A stretch of DNA of 32,811 bases, from sequence record SRR22947727_2500; one strand, 5' to 3'. Every line of letters begins with the position of its first letter. Position 1 is the stretch's first letter. The notes beneath the pieces are model-generated. The model saw only the letters and a program-made list of their open reading frames with translations. It was not told where the DNA came from and searched no databases. The position numbers were made by a program, and so were the translations under genes. Below, one piece after another: positions 1-8,663 of this stretch.

Positions 1-329
1 AAAACCGAGAGCTGATCAAAGCTTGCAGCGATTTATCCGATGGCGGTTTGGCCTTGGCGGCATTTGAAATGGCGCATGCCGCCGACACCGGGCTTTATAT
101 TCAAAGCGAAGATATGGCCTATTTGTTCGGTGAAGACCAAGCCCGTTATCTCATCGCTTGCAATTTTGACCAGGCCGAAGCCCTGATGATTGCAGCCGGT
201 CAAGCCGGCGTGACGCTTTCATCAATCGGTCGATTTGAGGGCGATCAATTGCGCTTTGGATCCGCGCATGCAGATCTAAGCGCGCTGTCAGAGCTTTATA
301 ATTCGAGCTTTGGAACCTTGTTTGATTAG
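1..329 (+). CDS. purL: Phosphoribosylformylglycinamidine synthase subunit PurL, C-terminal part (5' truncated by window)
   Basis: Frame is open from base 3 (NRELIKACSDLSDGGLALAAFEMA...). DLSDGGL and LFGEDQARY are PurL/AIR-synthase C-terminal motifs. Stop TAG ends at 329. Confidence 0.9.
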   Translation, partial: NRELIKACSDLSDGGLALAAFEMAHAADTGLYIQSEDMAYLFGEDQARYLIACNFDQAEALMIAAGQAGVTLSSIGRFEGDQLRFGSAHADLSALSELYNSSFGTLFD

Positions 330-431
330 GCAAGATTGACAGAACGCGCCCGCGCGCGTTTTCTTTTCGGATCGGCTCTTGCACAGCCACTGGCCGCATC
401 CTACATTTGATCTGAAAGTGAGGCTTGCATC

Positions 432-683
432 ATGGCAATGACGGCGCAGGAAATTGAAGATCTTATTCGGGCTGAATTCCCCGATGCTGATATCACCATC
501 AAAGATTTGAGGGGCGATGGAAATCATTATGCCGCAGAGGTTGTTGATGCAAGTTTTCAAGGTAAAAATAGGGTTCAACAGCAAAGATCCGTTTACGCCG
601 CGCTCAAAGGTAAAATGGATGGCGCGCATGGCGAATTGCACGCGCTCGCCCTAACCACAAAGGCACCCGACGCTAAGATCTAA
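432..683 (+). CDS. bolA: BolA/IbaG (YrbA)-family protein
   Basis: 83 aa with GDGNHY, SFQGKNRVQQQRSVY and LHALAL motifs; GAGG RBS upstream; adjacent to a monothiol glutaredoxin. Confidence 0.9.
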   Translation: MAMTAQEIEDLIRAEFPDADITIKDLRGDGNHYAAEVVDASFQGKNRVQQQRSVYAALKGKMDGAHGELHALALTTKAPDAKI

Positions 684-769
684 AGCACGCACACCCGAAT
701 TAAAAACAGAAAACCACCAATGGCGACGTAAAGAAACAAACCGTTGACCTATAAGTAAGAGAGATCCAG

Positions 770-1132
770 ATGAGCGACACAAAAGTACAAATAGAAGAGA
801 CCATTAAATCAAATTCTGTCGTGCTGTACATGAAGGGCACAAAAGAGATGCCGCAATGCGGGTTTTCAAGCCGTATCGCTGGCGTGCTAAATTACATGGA
901 TGTTGATTACAAAGATATCAATGTTTTGGCCGATGATGCGATCCGTCAGGGCATCAAAGACTTTGCAGATTGGCCAACGATTCCCCAGCTTTATGTGAAT
1001 GGTGAATTTGTGGGCGGATGCGATATTATTACCGAGATGACCCTATCAGGTGAATTGGATGCGCTGTTTTCAGAGAGCAACGTTGCCTTCGACAAGGATG
1101 CCGCAGATAAAATTCGCGAAGCCAACGGATAA
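770..1132 (+). CDS. grxD: Monothiol glutaredoxin, Grx4 family
   Basis: MKGT...PQCGFS active site, WPTIPQLYV and GGCDI motifs. Confidence 0.96.
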   Translation: MSDTKVQIEETIKSNSVVLYMKGTKEMPQCGFSSRIAGVLNYMDVDYKDINVLADDAIRQGIKDFADWPTIPQLYVNGEFVGGCDIITEMTLSGELDALFSESNVAFDKDAADKIREANG

Positions 1133-1157
1133 GCGCCCCATTCTGGGCGTGTTTGTT
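1133..1157 (+). terminator. Possible weak intrinsic terminator after grxD
   Basis: GCGCCC-CATTCT-GGGCGT stem followed by GTTTGTT, in the 48-bp gap between convergent grxD and zapA. Confidence 0.35.
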
Positions 1158-1180
1158 CCCATCAAACAGAAATCATACCG

Positions 1181-1528
1181 TCAACGACCGAGTGCGGCCA
1201 AGTCTTCGCCGCGCTCAACAAGCCGGTTGAGAATAGACAGGCTTTCGGCATCTAAACCCGCCGCGTCATGTCCCGCTGCAGGTTGCGGCTGCTGGGCAAG
1301 TTTTTCTTCCGCTTGTGCAAGCTGAAGTTTCAAGCTCGCCATCTTATCCGCCAACATCAACCCCGCCATTAACAGCATACGTTGCTCTGGAAGGCGCCCT
1401 ATTTGGGCCGAAAGCTCGGTGGCTTCTGCGTCAAGCAATGCCGCAGCAGCCGTCAAAAACCCCTCTTGCCCGGGCTCGCAGGCCACGTCAAAGGGGCGGT
1501 TGCCGATTTCAACATTTACGCGTGCCAT
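1181..1528 (-). CDS. zapA: Cell division protein ZapA
   Basis: VNVEIGNRPFDVACEPGQE N-terminus, RMLLMAGLMLADK helix, then a coiled coil. Confidence 0.92.
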   Translation of the reverse strand: MARVNVEIGNRPFDVACEPGQEGFLTAAAALLDAEATELSAQIGRLPEQRMLLMAGLMLADKMASLKLQLAQAEEKLAQQPQPAAGHDAAGLDAESLSILNRLVERGEDLAALGR

Positions 1529-1888
1529 TTATGCCTCTCCATTCTCTGAGATATCCGTTCGGCCAAGGAGCTTTGCCAAATCTTCATAGAGTCGTTGAAC
1601 TTCAAACGCCTGCTCTTTGCGCGCTTGCTCTGACGCTTCAAGGCGCTGCGCCAAATCTGCCTTCTCAGCACTAAGCCTGTTTACGATTTCCTGATTATCG
1701 TTTGCAATTTTTGGCTCGGCCAGCGCGTCAAGCTCGGATTTCAGAGCGGTATTTTCAGCTTTTAACAGGTCAAGTTCAGCGACAGCGTGATCTTTTTTTT
1801 CGCCGGCTTGCGGTGACGATTTCAAATGCACCGCGATATGATCAAGAGCAGCGTCCATACGCTTTTCGAATTCTTTAATTTGCTCCAT
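1529..1888 (-). CDS. Coiled-coil protein directly upstream of zapA (ZauP-like Z-ring accessory factor)
   Basis: 119 aa, E/K/L/A-rich helical pattern; its TAA abuts the zapA ATG with no gap; position matches Caulobacter zauP. Function inferred from position only. Confidence 0.7.
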   Translation of the reverse strand: MEQIKEFEKRMDAALDHIAVHLKSSPQAGEKKDHAVAELDLLKAENTALKSELDALAEPKIANDNQEIVNRLSAEKADLAQRLEASEQARKEQAFEVQRLYEDLAKLLGRTDISENGEA

Positions 1889-2107
1889 CGCCTAACCTTT
1901 TGCTTCTTCACGCGTTTTACAAATCAACCATAACTTCTGATGCGGCGCAAATCCAGATGAAACTTTCGGCAAAGCGCGTTCAAAACCATCACCAAAATAT
2001 ATCAGTGATGGCAAATCTCCGTTTCCGGCTGCGGGTTATGCTTGAACTTCGCGGCAGGGCTGTTATGCAACGCTCGTTCTCTGCTTTTTATAGGAAATGA
2101 TGCCGAT

Positions 2108-4126
2108 ATGGATATTCAAACGCTACGCTCTTTGCATTCAGACCATTGGCAGAACGCCTGTGCCATTCGTACCCTTACATTGGATGCAATCGCCGCTGCA
2201 AATTCGGGCCATTCCGGCATGCCAATGGGAATGGCTGATGTCGCCACCGTGCTCTATGAAAAGCATCTTAAGTTTGACCCAAAAAACCCCACTTGGCCCG
2301 ATCGTGATCGATTCATTCTATCGGCCGGCCATGGGTCAATGCTGCTTTACAGCTTGCTCCATTTGACGGGCTACAGCGATTTTCCGATCGAAGAGCTTAA
2401 AAATTTCCGCCAATTGGGCGCTAAAACTGCAGGCCATCCGGAAAATTTTCTGTCTGATGCTATTGAGACCACAACCGGACCACTCGGCCAAGGCATCGCC
2501 AACGCGGTGGGATTCGCAATGGCAGAAGAAATTCAACGCGCGCGCTATGGTCAAAAAATTGTGGATCATTTCACCTATGTTATCGCGGGCGATGGTTGTC
2601 TGATGGAAGGTGTGAGCCAAGAGGCGATTGGGCTCGCTGGGCGCCATGCTTTAAGCAAACTGGTGGTGTTCTGGGATGATAACAACATCACGATTGATGG
2701 GAGCGTCGATTTGGCCGACCGCACGGATCAATTGGCCCGTTTCACGGCGTCAGGCTGGCATGTGCAAGAAATTGACGGCCATGATCCCGCAGCGATTGAT
2801 CGCGCGATCACAGTAGCCAAAAAATCCAAACAGCCCTCAATGATTGCTTGTAAAACCCATATTGCGCTTGGATCAAGCGCCCAAGACACCTCAAAAGGCC
2901 ACGGCGCCCTTACCGACCCACAATTGATCGCAGACACTAAAGAGGCATATGGCTGGACATCCGACGCGTTCGACATTCCCAAAAATATCAAATCTGCATG
3001 GGAAGGCTTTGGCGCCCGTGGCCACTCCGAGCATGCGCTATGGGAGGCGCGTTTCAAGGCTTTTTCCGCCAGCAAGCAAGCCGAGTTTACGCGCGCCTAC
3101 GCTAATGAAGCGCCCAACAAACTTGCATCCGCGATCCGCAAGTTCAAAAAAGAAATCTCAGAAATAGCTCCAAAGCAAGCCACCCGTAAATCGAGCGAAT
3201 TGGCCCTAAACGTGATCAACCCGATCCTGCAAGAAACAGTTGGCGGATCGGCCGATTTATCTGGATCAAACAACACGCGCTCCAAAGATATGAGCGCCTT
3301 TGATATCGATAACCGCGCGGGCCGCTATGTGTATTGGGGCATTCGCGAACATGGTATGGCCTCGGCGATGAACGGAATGGCGTTGCATGGGGGCATGCGC
3401 CCCTATGGTGGTACTTTTATGTGCTTTACCGATTACGCACGCCCCGCTATGCGGTTGGCGGCCCTGATGAAGGTTCCAACCGTATTTGTTATGACGCATG
3501 ACAGTATTGGTTTGGGCGAAGACGGCCCAACTCATCAGCCCGTCGAACATTTGGCGATCAGTCGCGCCACGCCCAATACGTATGTCTTCCGCCCTGCGGA
3601 TGCTGTTGAAACGGCTGAAGCCTGGGAATTGGCCTTCACCAGCCCCAAAACACCTTCTGTCTTGGCGCTGTCGCGGCAAAATCTGCCAACCGTCCGTTTG
3701 AGCCATAAATCGGCCAATCTCTCGGCACGCGGCGCCTATGTTTTGGCAGAAGCCACGGGCAAGCGCGAGGTAATTTTGATCGCGACCGGTTCGGAGGTTA
3801 GCCTTGCCATTGAAGCACGCGATATGTTGCAAGAAAAAGGCATTGGCACGCGCGTTGTATCAATGCCCTGCATGGAATTATTCGCGGCGCAAGATGAGCG
3901 TTATCGTAGATCGGTTTTGCCCGCGGGCAGCGCAGTGCGTGTTGGTATTGAAGCAGGGATTCGCCAAGGATGGGATCAGTGGCTGTTGGGCGAGCGTGCA
4001 CGGGCAAACCGGTCTGCATTTATCGGTATGTCAGGTTTCGGAGCCTCTGCGCCAGCTGGCACATTATTCGAACATTTTGGGATCACGGCAAAGGCTGTTG
4101 CGTCTTGCGCCGAAGAGCTTCGGTAA
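2108..4126 (+). CDS. tkt: Transketolase
   Basis: [40 protein letters not shown] (TPP motif), [16 protein letters not shown]. Start moved to ATG 2108, downstream of AGGA. Confidence 0.97.
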   Translation: MDIQTLRSLHSDHWQNACAIRTLTLDAIAAANSGHSGMPMGMADVATVLYEKHLKFDPKNPTWPDRDRFILSAGHGSMLLYSLLHLTGYSDFPIEELKNFRQLGAKTAGHPENFLSDAIETTTGPLGQGIANAVGFAMAEEIQRARYGQKIVDHFTYVIAGDGCLMEGVSQEAIGLAGRHALSKLVVFWDDNNITIDGSVDLADRTDQLARFTASGWHVQEIDGHDPAAIDRAITVAKKSKQPSMIACKTHIALGSSAQDTSKGHGALTDPQLIADTKEAYGWTSDAFDIPKNIKSAWEGFGARGHSEHALWEARFKAFSASKQAEFTRAYANEAPNKLASAIRKFKKEISEIAPKQATRKSSELALNVINPILQETVGGSADLSGSNNTRSKDMSAFDIDNRAGRYVYWGIREHGMASAMNGMALHGGMRPYGGTFMCFTDYARPAMRLAALMKVPTVFVMTHDSIGLGEDGPTHQPVEHLAISRATPNTYVFRPADAVETAEAWELAFTSPKTPSVLALSRQNLPTVRLSHKSANLSARGAYVLAEATGKREVILIATGSEVSLAIEARDMLQEKGIGTRVVSMPCMELFAAQDERYRRSVLPAGSAVRVGIEAGIRQGWDQWLLGERARANRSAFIGMSGFGASAPAGTLFEHFGITAKAVASCAEELR

Positions 4127-4216
4127 CCAAATATCTCTAAGATAGGCCATCGGGTGAGTCGCAAATTTAGGCACGCAAAGCTCGTTGGCCCATCCAACTT
4201 ATTTTTGAAAACATAT

Positions 4217-4260
4217 TGTTAGCGCAAGCATTTTTTAAACCGCACAAGTTATCGCTAACA
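4217..4260. promoter_or_regulatory. Two LacI-family operator-like palindromes upstream of the first gap (GapR/CceR-type candidate)
   Basis: TGTTAGCGCAAGCA (4217-4230) and AGTTATCGCTAACA (4247-4260), 30 bp apart, both variants of TGTTAGCGCTAACA with a central CG; a near-perfect copy lies at 5550. Confidence 0.7.
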
Positions 4261-4277
4261 TATTGGAAAATAGACGA

Positions 4278-4300
4278 TAAATAGTGTTCAACACTATTTA
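4278..4300. promoter_or_regulatory. Perfect 11-1-11 palindrome, probable binding site of an unidentified regulator
   Basis: TAAATAGTGTT-C-AACACTATTTA, ending 37 bp before the gap ATG at 4338. Confidence 0.6.
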
Positions 4301-4337
4301 AACATTCTATAGATGCTTCATGAAAATGAGGTAAGCG

Positions 4338-5342
4338 ATGACAGTCACAGTGGGAATAAACGGCTTCGGGCGGATTGGCCGCTCAACATTGGCTCATATT
4401 GCGGAAAGCGCAAGAAATGATGTGCAGGTCGTTAAGATCAACGCCACCGGCCCCGTGGAAACCAATGCGCATTTGTTGCGCTATGACAGCGTTCATGGCC
4501 GCTTTCCAGGCACGGTAACGGTCGCCGGGAACACGATTGACCTGGGCCGCGGACCGATGGATGTGATGTCGTCTTATGACCCGGCCGCGCTAGACTGGTC
4601 TGGCTGTGATGTTGTATTAGAATGCACTGGTCAGTTTAATGATGGCTTAAAATCCTCAATCCATTTGGAGCGAGGGGCAAAATCAGTTTTGATTTCGGCC
4701 CCCGCCAAAAACGTGGATAAAACGATCGTTTATGGCGTGAACCATCGCGAGCTTTGCACCGAACATCGCCTGGTTTCAAATGGCTCTTGCACAACCAATT
4801 GCCTCGCACCGCTCGCGAAAACGTTAAATGATGCAATCGGTATTGAACGCGGAATTATGACCACGATCCACTCTTACACGGGCGATCAACCAATGCTGGA
4901 CCGCCGGCATAATGATCTTTACCGCGCCCGCGCAGCCGCGATGGCGATGATCCCCACTTCGACCGGCGCAGCCAAAGCCCTAGGAGAGGTTCTGCCTGAG
5001 CTTTCTGGTAAGTTGGACGGCACCGCAATGCGCGTGCCAACACCAAATGTATCGGCCGTTGACCTAACATTTGAGGCTGCAAAAAATGTAACGGTCGAAG
5101 AGGTGAATACCGTTATTGAAGAGGCCGCTGCGGGGCATATGGGACATGTACTTTCCTACGATCCAGAACCAAAAGTTTCGATCGATTTCAACCACACGCC
5201 CTATTCGACCATTTTTGCGCCGGATCAAACCAAAGTCATTGGAGGGCGCACCGTTCGCGTCTTGGCATGGTATGATAATGAGTGGGGTTTTTCATGCCGT
5301 ATGGCAGATGTTGCCGCGACCATGGGGCAATTGCTGCACTGA
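4338..5342 (+). CDS. gap: Type I glyceraldehyde-3-phosphate dehydrogenase, paralog 1 (atypical cofactor loop)
   Basis: INGFGRIGR, catalytic SCTTNCLAP, TTIHSYTGDQ, RVPTPNVS, WYDNEWGF; GAGG RBS. Confidence 0.95.
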   Translation: MTVTVGINGFGRIGRSTLAHIAESARNDVQVVKINATGPVETNAHLLRYDSVHGRFPGTVTVAGNTIDLGRGPMDVMSSYDPAALDWSGCDVVLECTGQFNDGLKSSIHLERGAKSVLISAPAKNVDKTIVYGVNHRELCTEHRLVSNGSCTTNCLAPLAKTLNDAIGIERGIMTTIHSYTGDQPMLDRRHNDLYRARAAAMAMIPTSTGAAKALGEVLPELSGKLDGTAMRVPTPNVSAVDLTFEAAKNVTVEEVNTVIEEAAAGHMGHVLSYDPEPKVSIDFNHTPYSTIFAPDQTKVIGGRTVRVLAWYDNEWGFSCRMADVAATMGQLLH

Positions 5343-5525
5343 CATTGCTGCGCTGGCTACGTCAGCGCCCAACCAGCCTGTACACGCCGCATAGCTTTGG
5401 CAGCTTTCACGGCATTTGGCATAAAGAGCGGTATCTGTGGGTGGGTAATTGGCGTGCCTTGCTCTGTAAGTTCGTAAAACTTCTATAAAACTGACCGCCA
5501 TGCGCTGCATTCGGGCTATTTGCAG

Positions 5526-5563
5526 TTGACTTTCTGAGCAAATTGTCAATGTTAGCGCTAACT
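5526..5563 (+). promoter_or_regulatory. Putative promoter of the second gap with an overlapping LacI-family operator
   Basis: TTGACT (-35-like, 5526-5531); TGTTAGCGCTAACT (5550-5563, perfect 12-bp core GTTAGCGCTAAC) covers the expected -10 position, 23 bp before ATG 5587. Confidence 0.7.
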
Positions 5564-5586
5564 TATTAAAATCAATAGAGGCCGAG

Positions 5587-6591
5587 ATGACTACAAAAAT
5601 CGCTATTAATGGCTTTGGCCGCATTGGTCGCAATATTTTGCGGGCTTTTTCAGAAAATCCACGCAATGATCTAGAAGTTATAGCGATCAATGATCTTGGT
5701 CCTGTTCAAACAAATGCGCATCTTTTGAAATATGACAGCGTCCATGGTCGGTTCGGCAGTGAAATTGAAATCACAGATAATTCTATTGATATTGGTCATG
5801 GACCAATCGCGGTGACAGCGATCCGCAACCCTGCCGAGCTGCCTTGGAAGGATGTCGATATTGTATTGGAATGCACTGGATTTTTTACAGAGCGCGCAAC
5901 GGCCGCCCAGCATCTTGAAAATGGAGCCGCCAGGGTGATTGTCTCGGCCCCCTGTAAGGACGCTGATAAAACCATCGTCTATGGCGTCAATCACGGCGCG
6001 TTAAGCGACCAAGACATCGTAATCTCGAACGCGTCTTGCACAACAAATTGCCTTGCTCCGGTGGCACAAGTGCTGAATGACAGTATCGGCTTAAAACGGG
6101 GCTTTATGACAACGATCCATAGCTATACTGGCGACCAGCCTACCTTAGACACGATGCATAAAGATCTCTATCGTGCCCGCTCTGCTGCGCTGAACATGAT
6201 CCCAACCACCACTGGCGCGGCCCGCGCGGTTGGATTGGTGATGCCAGATTTGTTCGGCAAATTAGACGGGGTTTCCATCCGGGTGCCAACGCCGAACGTA
6301 TCTTGCGTCGATCTGACATTTGAAGCCAGCCGTGACACCACTATTAACGAAATCAATGCCGCGTTTGAAGCGGCCGCGGCTGAAGGGACGTTAAAAGGCG
6401 TTTTGGGCACCACCAATGAACCTCTTGTCTCAATGGATTTCAATCATGACAGCCGCTCAAGCATCGTGGCGTTGGATCAAACAAAGGTTATGGAAGGCAC
6501 GATGTGCCGCATCCTGTCTTGGTATGACAATGAATGGGGCTTTTCCAACCGTATGCTGGACACCGCTACGCAAATGGCTAAGTTTCTTTAA
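5587..6591 (+). CDS. gap: Type I glyceraldehyde-3-phosphate dehydrogenase, paralog 2 (canonical)
   Basis: INGFGRIGR, AINDLG, SNASCTTNCLAP, DQPTLDTMHKDLYRAR, WYDNEWGFSNRM. Confidence 0.97.
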   Translation: MTTKIAINGFGRIGRNILRAFSENPRNDLEVIAINDLGPVQTNAHLLKYDSVHGRFGSEIEITDNSIDIGHGPIAVTAIRNPAELPWKDVDIVLECTGFFTERATAAQHLENGAARVIVSAPCKDADKTIVYGVNHGALSDQDIVISNASCTTNCLAPVAQVLNDSIGLKRGFMTTIHSYTGDQPTLDTMHKDLYRARSAALNMIPTTTGAARAVGLVMPDLFGKLDGVSIRVPTPNVSCVDLTFEASRDTTINEINAAFEAAAAEGTLKGVLGTTNEPLVSMDFNHDSRSSIVALDQTKVMEGTMCRILSWYDNEWGFSNRMLDTATQMAKFL

Positions 6592-6606
6592 ACAGACGCG
6601 CGGTGA

Positions 6607-7113
6607 TCACTTGGGAAGTTTGGCCTGCAGGCTTTCCAAAACGGTTGGCGTAACAAATTTGGACGCATCTCCGCCCAATCGGGCAATTTCCTTCACCAAT
6701 TTTGACGCAATCGCTTGATGCTTGGCTTCGGCCATCAGAAACACGGTTTCGATCGATGAATCCATCGCCCGATTCATACCCACCATTTGAAATTCATATT
6801 CAAAATCGGCAACCGCCCGCAACCCGCGCACGATCACCTGCGCTTTTACATCACGGGCGCAATCGATCAAAAGGTTTTCAAACGGATGCGCCACGATCTC
6901 TGTACCGGTTTTCACCGATAAAACGGCGCATTCCGCCTCGATCAAGGCAACGCGCTCTTCTAATGTGAACAAAGGCCCTTTATCGCGATTTATGGCCACA
7001 CCGATCACCAATCGATCCACCAACATCGCCGCCCTTTGAATAATATCGATATGACCGAGCGTTATCGGGTCAAACGTACCAGGATAAAGACCAATGCGCA
7101 TCTTATCACTCAT
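6607..7113 (-). CDS. coaD: Phosphopantetheine adenylyltransferase
   Basis: YPGTFDPITLGH (TxGH), RGLRAVADFEYE, SKLVKEIA. The true start may be ATG 7101. Confidence 0.96.
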   Translation of the reverse strand: MSDKMRIGLYPGTFDPITLGHIDIIQRAAMLVDRLVIGVAINRDKGPLFTLEERVALIEAECAVLSVKTGTEIVAHPFENLLIDCARDVKAQVIVRGLRAVADFEYEFQMVGMNRAMDSSIETVFLMAEAKHQAIASKLVKEIARLGGDASKFVTPTVLESLQAKLPK

Positions 7114-7165
7114 TCGCTACTGTTTTAAGCCGCACAAATATTATTCAACGGTCAAATGCAAGGGG

Positions 7166-7600
7166 CTAATGCCCCATAATCATGCCTTGTAGCGCGTCTT
7201 TCTCCATCGAAATCTCTTGCAGACGCGCGAAAACCACATCGCCCTGCGAGATCAAACCGATCAACGCACCCTCTTCCAAGACCGGCATGTGACGAAACCG
7301 GTTTTCCGTCATCAGCGCCAAAACATCATCCGCGCTTGTTTGCGGGCTGCAGGTCACAACGTCGCGTGACATAAATTGTTCAACCGGCGCTGATAGAGCA
7401 TTCGTTCCGGCTTCGGATAATGCGCGAATAATATCCCTCTCAGATAGAATTCCGAGCGCGTTTTTGCCCGTTTCTGAAACGATGACCACACCGATCTTAC
7501 GCGCAGCAAGAATTGAGATGGCCCCAGACAGATCCGTCTTCAACGGCACCGTGATCAAATTCGCATTATTTTTTGTATTAAGAATGTGCTGAACAAACAT
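7166..7600 (-). CDS. Stand-alone tandem CBS-domain protein
   Basis: GILSERDI, MTENRFRHMPV, GLISQGDVV. Start moved to ATG 7600, downstream of AGAGG. Confidence 0.9.
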   Translation of the reverse strand: MFVQHILNTKNNANLITVPLKTDLSGAISILAARKIGVVIVSETGKNALGILSERDIIRALSEAGTNALSAPVEQFMSRDVVTCSPQTSADDVLALMTENRFRHMPVLEEGALIGLISQGDVVFARLQEISMEKDALQGMIMGH

Positions 7601-7634
7601 ACCACCACCTCTTATTTTATAAATCAATCACACA

Positions 7635-7657
7635 CTGTTAGGCTGAAGCCTTAACAG
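7635..7657. other. Inverted repeat between the LysR stop and the CBS gene (hairpin or operator)
   Basis: CTGTTA-GGC-TGAA-GCC-T-TAACAG: 9 pairs with a single bulge and no U-tract. Confidence 0.4.
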
Positions 7658-7664
7658 GCAGCTG

Positions 7665-8561
7665 TCAAGCTAAGGCTTCCAATCGGCTGATTTCAGCCCG
7701 AATCCCGGCGACAAGCGCCTGCGCGAGGCGGTTCATACGCTCAAGCCTTTGATCTTCTTTATAGCGTAAAAGATAGAAACTTCGCGTTAAAGACAGCTGA
7801 TCAGGCATCACACGTTTCAGGTTACCTGCAGATGGCAACGCAAAATCATGCGCAATCCCTATCCCTGCCCCTGCCCGCAGCCAATGATATTGCACAGAAA
7901 CTGAATTTGATCCCAGCACCACCCGATCTTGTCCAAGATAATTTTGATAATCTAATTCCTTGTCAAAAATCATATCGGCGATATAGCCTATAATTTTATG
8001 CGTTTTTAAATCTAACAACGTGTCGGGCGTAGCGAATTTTTCCAAGTATTCTTCAGAAGCGGCCAAGTGCAACTTGTAATCGGTTATTTTTTGTACGCTT
8101 AAACGGGCTGAATTTGGCGGGCTCACCGCGATCGCCATATCGGCTTCACGTTTGGTCAAATTGACAACCCGTGGCATGGAAACAATCTGAATATCTAAAT
8201 CAGGATTGGCGCGCGAGATATCAGCGCAGACTTTCGGCAGCACAAAATTTGCGCAGCCATCCGGCGCACCTATCCGAATTTGGCCGCTCAACGTTCCGTC
8301 ACGGCCTTGCAAGTCGCGCGATAGATCTGCCATCGCGCCCTCCATCGACAAAGCGTGCCGCAAAAACTGATCTCCCGATCCCGTTAACACATAACCAACC
8401 GAAGACCGCGCAAATAAAACAACCCCTGCACGCTCTTCTAGCCGTGTCACGCGGCGCCCAACCGTGGCCGGATCGATCCGCAGCGAACGTGCGGCCGCAG
8501 ATAAGGTTTCATGCCGCGCCACCGCCAAAAACACTCTGATATCATCCCAATTTTGCTGCAT
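7665..8561 (-). CDS. LysR-family transcriptional regulator, probable regulator of the divergent mms genes
   Basis: NWDDIRVFLAVAR...LSAAARSLRIDPATVGRRVTRLEE helix-turn-helix; 298 aa; NLTKREADMAI. Confidence 0.93.
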   Translation of the reverse strand: MQQNWDDIRVFLAVARHETLSAAARSLRIDPATVGRRVTRLEERAGVVLFARSSVGYVLTGSGDQFLRHALSMEGAMADLSRDLQGRDGTLSGQIRIGAPDGCANFVLPKVCADISRANPDLDIQIVSMPRVVNLTKREADMAIAVSPPNSARLSVQKITDYKLHLAASEEYLEKFATPDTLLDLKTHKIIGYIADMIFDKELDYQNYLGQDRVVLGSNSVSVQYHWLRAGAGIGIAHDFALPSAGNLKRVMPDQLSLTRSFYLLRYKEDQRLERMNRLAQALVAGIRAEISRLEALA

Positions 8562-8572
8562 ACCATCGCACC

Positions 8573-8627
8573 CTGCATTTATGCATTACCTATTTGTGAC
8601 ATTGCCCCTGTTCATAGCATTTTTGCA
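8573..8627. promoter_or_regulatory. Putative LysR binding boxes in the divergent lysR/mmsA promoter
   Basis: TGCATTTATGCA (8574-8585) and TAGCATTTTTGCA (8615-8627, T-N11-A); shared GCATTTWTGCA core repeated 42 bp apart. Confidence 0.55.
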
Positions 8628-8663
8628 AGACTATGCTTATGTCGAATTGACAGGAGAAAAAAC

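Noticed and set aside
1133..1180. 6S RNA (ssrS), often found downstream of zapA
   Set aside because: Only 48 bp lie between zapA and the convergent grxD, too short for a 6S RNA.
4338..6591. Recent tandem duplication or assembly artefact of gap
   Set aside because: The copies differ extensively in protein and DNA sequence and have distinct upstream regions.
8511..8663. N-terminal extensions given in the ORF track for mmsA (also tkt, the acyl-CoA dehydrogenase, pyrH, aroK, aroB and the CBS gene)
   Set aside because: Family motifs and ribosome-binding sites support downstream starts; the mmsA extension would overlap the divergent LysR gene.
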